From NCBI GenBank assembly GCA_051362555.1, contig CM120644.1, positions 22,404,534 to 22,468,533 of the forward strand: 64,000 nucleotides of DNA. Reading direction: 5' to 3'. The notes beneath the pieces are model-generated. The model was not told where the DNA came from. It saw only the letters and a list, made by a program, of their open reading frames with translations, and searched no databases. Positions 1 to 12,229 of this stretch are shown one piece after another. Made by a program: the position numbers and the translations under genes. Positions within the stretch are counted from its first letter, which is position 1. Each line of letters begins with the position of its first letter. Origin of the DNA: Lingula anatina. Its lineage: Eukaryota > Animalia > Brachiopoda.

Positions 1-836
1 GATTATGCATGCTTTTGTGATCCTCAAGTAGTTTACGTAGCGTAATACCCTGTATATTTTGTTCTCACTCGAATGTCTCTTTGTAAGGTTATAGAATATA
101 TAATAATATGTATAACATACACAAAAAAATCAGGACTTCGGTGTGCAGGCAGTATTTTATAATATGTGGTCTGCCGCTCAATTTTGTAAAGGCCATTATT
201 ACTAAAAAGATGCCACGAACAAGATGGGTGATGTTCTTTTCCGCAATTATATTTCAAGGTATCAAGTTAATATCTTTCTGTATAAAAGTCTATTAATGTA
301 AATGAAAGCACTCGTGAAAGAACAATCTTACACGTCGTCAATAACTCTATTGTCGTTCTTTTGTTCCCTTTTATAGCTCTGATTTGGGCATTAAATAAAT
401 CGGGCACAAAATCTATACTCAGCAAACTGAGGCAAGTGCAGTGTTTTTTCAACGCTTAGTCACTGTTGATTAGCGAACAACAACATTATTAGCTTGCTTG
501 GATAATTGATGCATTTTCATAGAACGCAAATTTCCGATTTGAATAAAAAGCATGCGTTACTGTTTCGTTTGCTTTTCAGGGCTTGGGGCTGGTTGTTTTG
601 TTACGGGGATATTTTTGTCTCTTAAACAGAAGGTTAGAAACGGCTTTGGGCGGGTTTTACCACATACAGATCAATATGTCTGTTAGAGTATATTTCTTAC
701 GGATACACCCATGGTAGAAATAACGTTTCTGAAGACAAAACAACATTATGGTCATACTTGAATAGAATGTGTATGTAAGTGCAGCAGCTGCTGTCCAAGT
801 TATGGCCTGTTCGTCTTTCCACAGCTAAGCATGGCC

Positions 837-966
837 TACCCTCTACCAGGGCGACAGATTGATTTTTCACAGATATTCACAGATATGTCTCAAGATAAAT
901 AGACAGTCATCTGGTTCTCGATTTTTCCGTTTTTCTCTATATAATCTGCTTCCCTGGTAGAGGGTA
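837..966. mobile_element. 130-bp MITE, 15-bp TIR TACCCTCTACCAGGG, 9-bp TSD
   Basis: Perfect TIRs at 837-851 and 952-966; flanks agcatggcc (828-836) and agcatgacc (967-975); left end matches the reverse complement of the right end of the 57405-58816 element. Confidence 0.85.
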
Positions 967-3127
967 AGCATGACCTGACGCGTCGTTTTTGTTGGATTTT
1001 ACATCTTATCAAATATTTTAAATGAAACAATAACTGAAATATTTATGCTGATTTTCCATTTTTTTTATCTTCTTGATATATTAGGGGATTCCCTTACTTC
1101 AGTTACTGTATTTCTCGTCGACATATAGCCACTTATCTTCACAGTATTTTAGCGGTAACATTGTGACTATCACGACGTACCAAGATTACTACTTAAAATT
1201 CGTTAAGAACTTATTTAAGTAGTCTTACTAGTTGGAGATATTACCACATTTTTACAGGAACAAAGTATTTTATAAGTCCTTTTTACACATGACTCTGCCT
1301 ATAGTAGCATACGGTAACAAATTTTTCTAAACTGAAAAAAAAAAATAAATAAATAAGCAAGACATTACCCCTCTCCAATTTAAAGTAGAAGAAAAAAATT
1401 AAAGTCAACACCGTTAGGTCTTATAAAAGTATATTATGCACTGATTTAAGAGAATAAATCTTAATTTTAAATCAGTTATTGATTGACACGTTTTTTCTTA
1501 TGATTTAAAATAATGGCTTCTTAAAACTACCACACCCGGATTTTTATATTATAACAATATCAACAGTCTTTGAAGGCCACCTGCTATGGGGCAGTTTCAC
1601 AAATAATCTGGGTACAGAATTTGGTCTTAACTTAAAGACGAATATTTAAGGCTTCTTTTGCGACCCTAAATAAATTAGTAGCCATCCACCTATATGAATT
1701 AGTGTGAATTATTCAGAAAAAGTAAGAAATGATTAAGGTTTCATACCAATGGTTTCATAATTTTTTTAAATTAAAATCTTAAAAGTTACGATAAAATTTC
1801 TGTCAAATTTTATTGTAACAGGTCTAATGAACTTGACCCACCTTCTCACTATAAAAGCCGGTCCGTCCCTCTTGTGTCTGGGTACATTTTACACACTCAT
1901 TAGTTTGATAAGATTCTCACAACAGTTACACCTCTACCGATCTCCATGTCAACTATGTCTTATCTCTTTAAAATACTCCAGTTTAAAAATGCCCCACTTG
2001 TAGTCACCAAGGTGTGATGGGCGACTGTCAAAACTGATCCTTTTGATTTCCTAAATCACTGTCTACCAGCTCATATAGGTCCTGTAGATAATATTGGAAC
2101 GCGTGTAAGTTACAGAATTAAACCAAAGTTTTAGCATTATAATGCCAGACTGGTACCATCGTTTTACGTGACAAAGCGTCCATAAATCCACCCTGTTCTT
2201 GTAGCCAGCAGGACGCGGTGGTCGGGAAACGGGAGGAGAGGAGTTAATTTCTTGTCGAATCCCTGGCACGGTGTGTTAACTGGCTGTGTCAATGCTGTCC
2301 TGCCTTGACAACGCTACTCTGTGATCATGCACTCTGACCCCCCACTGAGGCTACCGAAGGGGGGACAGAGAGGGAGATGGGGGGGGGGGGGGCAAACATG
2401 ACCACCGTAAAGCATGAATGGCATTTTTAAATCTTGTACATTTATTTTGTAGCGTTTGCACTAGCTGTATTTTAATAAGTCAATATGTAAAAAAATGTAT
2501 TGAACATGATGAAATGGAAACAGGTCACGGACGTATTTATCACTTACAGAGCGTCACAGAGCTATCTCCTGTGTGTTCAAGAACAGTTTGGAGAGTTATG
2601 TAATAATAGATATTACACAGGCGTTATGTGTTTGTTGTACTGAGCTTATGCATTCTCTCTCTCTCTCTCTCTCTCTCTCCTCATTTCTCCAGTCAGTGAA
2701 GAACTGAACCGAGATTCATAATGCCATATTTCCTGCACATATCTCGTCCTGTATGGGTGAGCTAGCCGTAATTATAGATAAAAACTGTTAGTTAACAAGC
2801 CTATCACAACGCTCCCCCGTCTTATGAAATCAGTATAGAATAAATGATTGATTTTATAGATAGATAAATGGACAAGAAAAACATATTTACTGAATGGTTT
2901 AATAGAAATTTAACGACAAACAACCTATGAAATTGTGTAATAATAATTACGTAATAATGAACAGATAGAGAAAAAGACGTATACAAAAAAAATCTTATAT
3001 ATGTATTACACGTTAGTAATAGGCAACTCTATACTAGAAAAAAAACTGAGTGATGAAATGAATACCGTACCAAAAAAATTAGTTTGACAGACGAGAATTG
3101 TGTCATGAATTACAGTGTACATAGCCA

Positions 3128-3183
3128 GAGACATATCTGTGAATATTAAGTGAAAAATCAACCCGTGGCCCTGGTAGAGGGTA
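3128..3183 (-). mobile_element. Isolated terminus of the TACCCTCT-TIR family
   Basis: gagacatatctgtgaatat...ccctggtagagggta is the reverse complement of the 837 MITE left end; partner end not found. Confidence 0.6.
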
Positions 3184-3840
3184 GCACAAGGCCTTCAGTA
3201 GACAACATTTTACCTTGGACAGCCCAGTGGTTTGTTTTCTTTCCTCGTTCTGGGGATGGCTTAATGGACTGGTATTGAAGTCAGTGTGTATTCTGTCCGT
3301 GGCTGTCACAATGGCGGTGTGTACACCAGCCTTATGTGTGTGCAAACACTGCCAACAAAGCGGTTAGAAAAATATTAGCACTTCTTCACAAAACAGGTGG
3401 ATTTGTGTGGATAGTCGTTTTCGCCAGGTGTGGCTAGACTGGGAGAAAAACGAGGACCGATTGGCGGGAAGGACGTGTTACCAAACCATGCATTATCTTA
3501 TCGGTTCAACGTGCGCGTGCGTAAGCGTGTGTGTGTACGGGTGTGTCTGGTATGTGACTGTGAGTTCGTGAGCGCGCACGCGTGTGCGTGAATGTACATG
3601 TATTTGTGAGTGTGTTAAGGTTTGGGGGGGGGGGGCGCAAAATTGAATTCACAGACACATACCTCCAATGTGAGGCTACACCAACACTAAAGTATATCAG
3701 TAGAAGAGTTTCCAACAAGTCACAAACCGGTCTGCTTCATCTACGTGTATGACCACGCCGTTACATAATTTACATTAAATTCGAACATTAATTTAAGTCA
3801 CCGAGGGCCGTTCTCATAAAAGTCAGCAAGGAATGTCAAT

Positions 3841-3872
<32 letters not shown>

Positions 3873-4032
3873 CGGGGCAGTTGACCACTTGGAACACCCT
3901 TCCTCCCTTGTCTCTCCTAAAATAGTATAACTAGCGAAAGTTAAAGTCTAGGGCTATGTGGCAGAAATATATGACAGTAAATTCATTGCCCTCGTCTTCT
4001 TCTTTAGAAAAAATTAGAAAAGAAAAAATATA

Positions 4033-5691
4033 CAGACTTGACATTTAATATGGAATATTTTTTTCGAAATAATCTTTTATCAGTTTTTCCCATTTTGCTG
4101 ACTGATAAATGAAAATAAGGATTAAAATCGTGTTTTAATAACTTTCAATTATCTCTTTGATGTCATTGTGACATCAGTTCATTAATGGAATTCGCCAGAG
4201 AAGCAAACAAAAACACATTGCCTATTCTATGTCATACGACTTCCATTAAAAGAGATATTTTGGATCTCCATATTTTCCAAATTATCGTCTGTAAAAGGGT
4301 AATACGCTCCACAAAAGACCCTCATGTCAGTTGCTAGTCACACTAATGGTCCTGTTACGCCTGGCCTCTTCGTGGCTGTTGCCAGCGCTCTCAAGCGGCA
4401 AGGCATTCCTTTGGAGTAGGTTTTTTTAGTTCAATCTGGAATAGCATTCCAGGCATCGGTCTAAAATTGTCCAATCTGGTCAAGTTTTGTTGTAGGACAT
4501 GTAGGCAGTTGATTGGCGAATAATGGTCTACCGAAATATTGTCTATGTGGTTCAAATGTGGCGATTTTGATGACCAGGGTAGCTGCTCATTCCCTTGGTT
4601 CTGTAAGTTATCTGCTATTAAAAGTGCTCTGTGTGAACCTGCAGCCTCATCGTGCAACCTAGAATTGTTCCTAAGGTGCCCACTATCAAATGATAGTCAA
4701 GTGGTTCCGAGATTATTCCTTAATTTGATCTGGTTCAGGTTTTCGTCGATGACTACCATTGGTGTTTTGGCACCAATGTGGTATCTACTCCAAATACTGA
4801 CGCTGTCAATCGCCCTTGTCACTTTAGACCCGGCATATGCTTCGTCGTAGGCCTCTTCTGGATATCTGTAAACTCTATTTTGACTAATTGGGCGGTACAG
4901 GTGAAATCTGACCTCAATAAAGAAAGCCACGCAGTTTCAGTGTTCTACCCAGAAACGGTCATGGCCCCCAATTCATTAGAGAAACAGACGACGATGTTTT
5001 GCTGTATACAGTGGGTGCCTCGGAGGTCGTTTGGTGTTCTTACCTGCTAAAACCAGTTTGGTGTTCGCTAAGGGCTTTGAAAAACGCATTTTAGTGGCAA
5101 TTTACCCCTCGTTCTGAACGGACTAAGTGTTTTTTGTTTATTTGCAGCAGAGTATCCCGAAAGACAGTGGGTCCTGTACCCTGTAGGTAAGATTTTGATA
5201 CATTGGGGGTGACCTCTGTGTAGGTACATCAGTCTGGGCATTACTCTATAAAACTGTGGGGACCGTTCCGTTTGGCGCTGTGATCTGTCTGGTTATGTTT
5301 GTCTTTTTCGCGCCATTCTGCTTAGATTAACAAATTTGTAATGCACTGCTTGACTCATCTTACGCACTGCAAAACTGGCCGCTTGCATGCAAAATTTCAA
5401 ATTCTTCTATGCAGTAGTTGCCGAAATATGGATACCTTTTTGACAGAACCAAGCTTTGCCTAAGCCAAGCTTTGATCAGCCCAAAGGAACACTACCCAAT
5501 TAAATCACTGCAAATTACATAATGTAGCAGCGCAACAGGCAAGAAAGTCAGTTAATTGGTAGTGACACACCTGACTACACACTTTTACATTCACAAATCT
5601 TATATGAGATCCGAATTTTTTGAAAAAAGAACGTATTTTTACCTAGATATACCTTCGAAACTGAAATATTCCATATTAAATGTCAAGTCTG
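4033..5691 (-). mobile_element. Degenerate Tc1/mariner (Tc1-like) DNA transposon
   Basis: TIR CAGACTTGACATTTAATATGGAATATTT at both ends, flanked by TA; broken minus-strand frames give FFIEVRFHL...RVYRYPEE...SVSIW (4697-4930) and HRA...LPWSSKSPHLNHIDNI (4391-4657), matching Tc1 catalytic-domain motifs (WPSxSPDLNPIEN). Confidence 0.85.
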
Positions 5692-8421
5692 TATATTATT
5701 CTCTCTAGTAAAATGTTGAACCCGCTATGTATGCATCATCACTTTATGTCCTCCCACACATTATTCTTGAATGCACAAGAATCCAAAATTTACAAAACAA
5801 AAACCCACAAAAAGCAATCATGAAACACGTACAAGCATGAGTAGTGATTTAAATAATTCACAGATATCAATAACAATGACAAGACGATAAAACTAAACTA
5901 TTTTAATCTCTAATCAGCAGGAGAATCACTGCAACGTGCTACATGTAGGCCAGAGGTGGAAAACGATGTTTGAATTTTCATTTTTCCGTTTTTTTACAAA
6001 CCGTTATTTCTATCTGGCCATTTTCTTCGGCTCCCAGCCTTTCTAATCATAAGGGATCACACTGGCCGATATATTGTCTGGAAATTTTAGCAATTTTCGA
6101 TTCTGACCTCCCCCTCCTTTTTTTTTTTGCACTTGATAACGTAAGTTAGTAAGCATGCCAATGCATTTTAATTTTCTCCCAAGCTCTTGAAAGCTCTAGA
6201 ATAAGGGCAAATTCTGTTAATTATTTAGCGTGTAGTGAGTTCCTTCATATTTTATCCCTTTCGTCTAATGAAAACGCGTAAACGTACTTCGCCAAAAAAT
6301 ATAATTTTTTAAGTAATTTTGTTTGCATCTGAGGAAGTTCATTTGACTTTTTCTGGGTTTTATTACGTCACTGTCCATTGAAGATTACTTACTTACGGGG
6401 GACTTAATGGACGCCCGTTTGACAGCGTGTACAACGAATATGTCAACCAACAAAGATAAACACCACAATCAGTGTATTGTTAGAATAGCTCTTCCGTGGG
6501 AAAAAGTAAAAATTGTAAATTTGTGGCGATAAAAAATTCTCCGTTAAGTTATTTTGTAATGGAGTCAAGGAGCATAAAAAAAGTTAAAGCTGAATGTTCC
6601 ATAATCATAGGTTTGAGCGTGGCACTTGTACCGAAAACTGTCATTATTTGTTGATTCTGGCATCTTAGAAACGTTATTGAATTCTAGATGGGTTGAGATA
6701 AATGCAGAATTGCATCCTTGCATGGAGATACGAAAAACGTCACTGGAAATTGATATTATATGTTAATTTAAACGAAACGTTATGTACAGGCTGGGGACGG
6801 TCACTATATTTGTCAGATCGAGGTCAGCAACGCTTTAACCAAAATATTTAAAACATGCTGAAAAAGGTAGAAAGTGTTATTCCATTGATTCCGCCCAGAA
6901 CGCGGGGGAATATTTAGCTACAGTGTAACACGGGGACAGTGACGTCATCATAGGCGGGGTGGGGGCAAGTGAAACATGACCCATTTAATACGTACAATAT
7001 TTATTTAATGTTCTTTTTATCCGTAAAAAACTATGGGTTTGATAATAGTAAAAGCCATGTTTGCTACAATAAAGTTTGCTTAAATTTAGACCTCACTATC
7101 TTTACACAAAGAAAGAAAGAAAAAAAGAAAAATACACAACGCACTCTATTGCTTGAAATGAAAGGTGACGGTGGCAAAAATAAATGTTAAATTTTCGTTA
7201 AGACAACGTCAGACCGTGACCTTCATCATCATCATGTTTCCTAAATCTGTGGTCATATTCCGCCCGAGGTGGAAGGGGGCAAGGAAAGACGGCTTTTTAA
7301 GTCGTGATAAGTTCCTCGGTTATGTACCGTTCCGCTAATAACTGTAATTTTCTTAAACAGTAAGCACTGCTTATCGCACCTTGGGGATTAAATTATAGAA
7401 ATTAAAATCGGGGTTATGATTTATTCATGTGGACTAGCGCCATGTCGAAGAGATCTTGTGATAGATTTTATTATTTAAAATGAAAATACGTGTGAAATGA
7501 TTTATTCTCAAGATGAATAGCACACACGCACAAACACACACACACACACAACACACACACACACACACACACACATACACACACAAACGTGGGTGCTGTT
7601 GAAGCAATACTTATGAATAAGAGAAGAAATTGCTTGAAAATATTGCAAGCACAGAGGAAATCAGTGTTTATTTATTCCCAGAGAGTTCGGTTGAGAAGTC
7701 GAATGAAAAGTTCAGTCGATGTAGTAAAAGTTGTTGCACTAAGTTTCCTTTCAAGTATCAAATACAAACGAAATAAGATGGCTTTTATGACTTTCATTGT
7801 AACCTTGTAACGACAAGACCATGTCTGAAGTAAAACACTCCTCTTGCTAAATCTCGCTTTTTCCTGGTTCACTTTCTCTCTTCTCCCTCCCTTCAACTCC
7901 CCCCCTCAATCTCTCTCACTCTCTTCACTCCACGTCTCTCTCTCCCTCCGTCTCTCACTTCTACCTCCAACCTTCTCTCTCTCTCTTTCTCTCTCTCTCT
8001 CGATCTCATATATACAAACACACAAGACCAGAGATATGCCCTCGTTAGATTGATCATTTTAGACCTATAATTTAAAGATCATTACCATTAGACATGTGTC
8101 TCTTTACTTTTTGTACAAAAATATAAATGGGCATTTTTCTCTTTACTTTTAATACCATTGCTTTTTTTTACCTTTTGATCCTTTTAACTTCACGCTTTAT
8201 TTCTATTTCAATTGTGTTTTATTTGTTAAGTCTACAGAACATATTTATAGATGTAAGATTCTTAATAAATAATTTAGTATTATTATTCCATTATGTAAAA
8301 TATCTCGCCACACTGATACTTGGAGGTTGCATGACTGAAAATTAATACACGCTAACAGTTCTTATCGCTCGGCATTTCTATCCATTAATTTAATGTTTTT
8401 TTTTTGCGGTCTGATATCGAG

Positions 8422-8428
8422 TATAAAT
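8422..8428 (+). promoter_or_regulatory. TATA box of the Gly/Phe/Asn-repeat gene
   Basis: TATAAAT about 30 bp upstream of an Inr-like TCATT (8453-8457) and 65 bp before the ATG. Confidence 0.65.
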
Positions 8429-8486
8429 TCAACTTACAATTCAGCTCCTACATCATTCCGAACACAAATTTAATTATCGCTGAAAG

Positions 8487-8930
8487 ATGAAGGCATTTTG
8501 TGGCATGGTACTGTTTGCCTATGTGGCAATAGAAGCCTCGCAAGCAGCCGCTCTTTTAGGCGGAGGTGGATTCCCGTTTTTGGGCGGCCTTGGAAGCGGA
8601 GTGCCGTGTTGCAACTTTGGAAGCGGCTTTGGAAACCTCTTTGGAGGCGGTTTTAACAGCGGCCTTGGAAACATCTTTGGAGGCGGTTTTAACAGCGGCC
8701 TTGGAAACCTCTTTGGAGGCGGTTTTAACAGCGGCCTTGGAAACCTCTTTGGAGGCGGTTTTAACAGCGGCCTTGGAAACCTCTTTGGAGGCGGTTTTAA
8801 CAGCGGCCTTGGAAACCTCTTTGGAGGCGGTTTTAACAGCGGCCTTGGAAATCTCTTTGGAGGCGGTTTAGGGAACCTCTTTGGAAATTCATTTTTCGGC
8901 GGCTTTGGAAATCCATTTTTCTTTGGATAA
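8487..8930 (+). CDS. Secreted Gly/Phe/Asn-rich low-complexity repeat protein (147 aa)
   Basis: Signal-peptide-like MKAFCGMVLFAYVAIEASQA; CC motif; 6+ copies of GNLFGGGFNSGL; TATA upstream; single coding exon. Confidence 0.88.
   Translation: MKAFCGMVLFAYVAIEASQAAALLGGGGFPFLGGLGSGVPCCNFGSGFGNLFGGGFNSGLGNIFGGGFNSGLGNLFGGGFNSGLGNLFGGGFNSGLGNLFGGGFNSGLGNLFGGGFNSGLGNLFGGGLGNLFGNSFFGGFGNPFFFG
8631..8867 (+). repeat. 36-bp coding tandem repeat (GNLFGGGFNSGL), 6 full units plus a partial unit
   Basis: ggaaacctctttggaggcggttttaacagcggcctt repeated nearly perfectly. Confidence 0.95.
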
Positions 8931-8959
8931 TTTAGAGGTGGATTTTTTAATCGGCCTTG

Positions 8960-10054
8960 GTAAGTAAATTATTAGCATTACGTTAAAAAGCACCGAAAAA
9001 ACCTTTATACTAGGCCTATATATATGCATAAAAACTAAATATTGTTAGAGACTAAAGATATGATGGTGTGTGTCAGCCCTTATCTTCTCTGACTATTTGA
9101 AAGGCCACGGTGCTGTTTGAACGCAAAGAATCGAAAACAAAAATTTATTGTTAAGAATTTTAATGAGAAGAAACCTAATTCAATGGAATCATATCCTAGG
9201 CTTAACTTCAGTACGATAAGTACACTTAAAGGGATAATAACTCTACGTTTTGGCCAAAAAATGAATTTTCCTGGAGTAAATAACAATTTTCTCATACTTA
9301 CCAATGCTTAATGAATCCATATCTACATTCAAAGTTAGTCCCTGGTATTTTCTAAAAAGTTTGGTTTTTTGTTAAAATCTCTTAAGAGATTACAACAGAG
9401 TATAGCCATCAATGGAGGTCACGTAGTCTGAAGACAAGCTCAGATATAAGAATAATAGCTTTAACTCCTGTTTTTGTCGTAAAACAGAATATGTTATATT
9501 TCTATGAGTTATTCACAATGTTTTTCTTGTGAAATATAGACCTCATACGAAGAGTTATTATCCCTTTAAAGTTTAAAGTTTGCTTTAAAATTCAGAGGAA
9601 ACCAACTTACTTGTCAGTTTTCTACACAGTTCGTGCACTCATTGCAATGCATTTCACCGGTAATTGAGCCTTGTGTCGTGCAATCACTGTATATCTAAGT
9701 ATTATTTGAAGGGCGGAGGGTCCGCAGATTCGAAGCCGACCCCCCCTCCCCCTCCCCCTCTGCCGTAGGGTTTGGGGCCCGCTGACAGGGCCACGAAAAA
9801 GTTTGGCATTTTAGAGGGCGAACGGTGCCATTTGGTACGGTTTAGAACTATGATTCAACTAGTGAAAATCTAATTTCAAGAGAGGAATAATATTGTGATT
9901 TTTATTAGAAATTGAAGGGGGGGGTCAGGACACAGGACACATCAACTGGTGATACGGAAGTCACTACATGTACGCCTGTGTTCGTTATATTTTTTTTAGC
10001 TTGCGTGAAACTATCTGTACTTTTATTTTAATAAAGTGCTTATATTTCCTACAG
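8960..10054 (+). other. Predicted 3'-UTR intron of the Gly/Phe/Asn gene
   Basis: Donor TG|GTAAGT 29 nt after the stop; acceptor tatatttcctacag|G at 10054. Confidence 0.6.
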
Positions 10055-11857
10055 GTTTTCAAAAGTGAAGCACCAAGACAAGATTACAAACCAGTCAAAG
10101 ATGTAGACAATTGACCACCGATACTGCAAAAAGATTACACTCACGCCAAGTTGAGACTTTTAATTCATACTGAACCCATTCTTGACCACTGAAGATAAGA
10201 AATCAAGCTGCGGATGGCTACTGAACTCTTTCTCTTTTTCTTTAACATTTTGGAAGACATTAAATATTATACTCAGTTTCGGCGGAGATATTTACAAGGA
10301 ACATTGAACTTCTAACACGTGTCAAGGATATTTTACTAGTTGTTACAGACTTTGAACAGATTATTATTAGTATTATTTTGCAAACTGTGCAAGGAAAATG
10401 TACGAAAACAAGAAACAGAACGGATATTTGTCACCTATCTTGAATATAAGTTTCGTGTGTTCAAAATTAAAGTTGTAGTCTATTTGTTTTAATTCACAGC
10501 AAGAAAACGACGGTTAGAAACCAAGCTGCAACATGGTCGACTAAATGAGTCTTTGAGAAGCTGCTAACGCTTTTTATGTCAAGTTAACCTCCATGAGCAG
10601 AATATTGAGAACCAATTGTAGTGATCGCTTTCGAAATAATCTACTTCAAACAGTAAATAGTTATTTTAAGAGGATACAAAAGCGAAAACTGAACAAAGGT
10701 GTTTGTGTTTGTGATATTTGTGATATCTGTTCAATATGACGGGGTAGACGGTCTCAGTGACTTCTTGATCGTTAATAATTTGCGAATTGTATGGATAATC
10801 TTTGGGAGTAGTTTGATGTTTATCTATTTTGTAGAAAAAATTAAATCTTTTTGGTATCACTTGGTATGTATACTGAATGACAGTAACACAACACTGGTCT
10901 GCTTTTTTTCTGTCTGCACATGCAACTAAAATAATTTATTTTCGGATTAGAAATTTTAGCAGTTCGGTATCTTTGACAAATCATGTGGTTGCAGTTTTTG
11001 TGGTACCGCTTAAGTGATGCCGAAGAGAGCAGTTCTTACCGCATTAAAAAATTCATTCGGCACGATAAAACGAAATCTTAGATTCAGAATGTGTGTTTTG
11101 GCTTGCTTTCTATTCTTGTACTATTTAAAACGTGGTCACAATAAAAAGAAGAGTCCTGAGCGTCCTATTCTTTCCGCCTATAAGCTCATCTACATTGCTA
11201 GATAGTCTTATTACTGGGTTGTTATGCCTCGGATCATTGTGATTTTTTTAAATTTGAGTTCGGGCCTATTGTGACGGCTGTACACGTTAGAATAGAACGC
11301 CCAGACCAACAACATGCGCGAAAACACTCACAAGTCAAACCTTAAATTGAATTGAATCTTCAGGAAAGGTTTTAGAAATACACGTTCACTAATTGCAATT
11401 TGAGTAGTTTTGGAATATTTATAATCGTCCTCCTTCGTACTTCAGATTTCCTGCAAACTCCTCTTCTCCAGTTCGTAGCAACACTTAGACTAAAAATAAA
11501 GAAAAGAGTTGCAAAAATTAAAGCGTTCATTCCAAAAGACATGCCTTTTCAGCCCTTAGTTTTCCACACGGGCACACTCGCACGCGCACACATACATGTA
11601 CATGTACATGCGTCTTAGAAGTTCTATTCGTAATTACTCTGATTTATGTCTGCTAATTGATTTTAATAAAAGAGGAATTTATATCTGAATGCAAAAATAG
11701 AAATTAAGCGAGTATATCGTAAAGTTTTACTTAAGCATGTACTCATCATTGACATTAAGTCTACAAATAATTCGTATGCATCATATTCCTGCACCATCGC
11801 TTTAAATACCCTAACAGAATAAAAACCTATCAACTGCTACGTTTACGAAACCTCGGT

Positions 11858-12005
11858 AATAAATAAGTTATCGTAATGAAGCATTTATGAAGATCTACAA
11901 TAAAGGTGTAACGTCTTTATAGCATAGATCCTCATAGGATAGGGTGTTACATCTTTATAGTTGATCTTCATAGACGCATCAATTCATAATGATAACTTAT
12001 TTATT
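11858..12005. repeat. Imperfect ~150-bp palindrome/foldback element
   Basis: aataaataagttatc...atgaagatc...taaaggtgtaac pairs with gttacatcttta...gatcttcat...gataacttatttatt. Confidence 0.65.
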
Positions 12006-12229
12006 TCGTAAAGATCTTTACGGTAATTTGACATGAATCTTCAATGTAACCCCGGTATAAGTGAATCGTGTTTCTTGATAGATGGCAAAACGACAAGTTA
12101 CCAGAAAGCTAAATCATTATTACCGCCACCGCCCAAATATTACGCTGGTATGTTCAGTTCGGGAATATTAATTCCGGGAATATGTTGAGTACGCGAAGGA
12201 ATGATACACAGTAGCAAGTCCATCATTAA

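Noticed and set aside
33-3100. Short ORFs at the window start
   Set aside because: No recognisable domains or consistent splice structure
3214-3440. Exon-like minus-strand segment with a hydrophobic IFLTALLAVFAHT stretch
   Set aside because: Stops interrupt the frames and no linked exons were found
8566-8871. Alternative-frame ORF with ALETSLEAVLTA repeats
   Set aside because: Shadow frame of the 36-bp repeat; GTG start, no signal peptide
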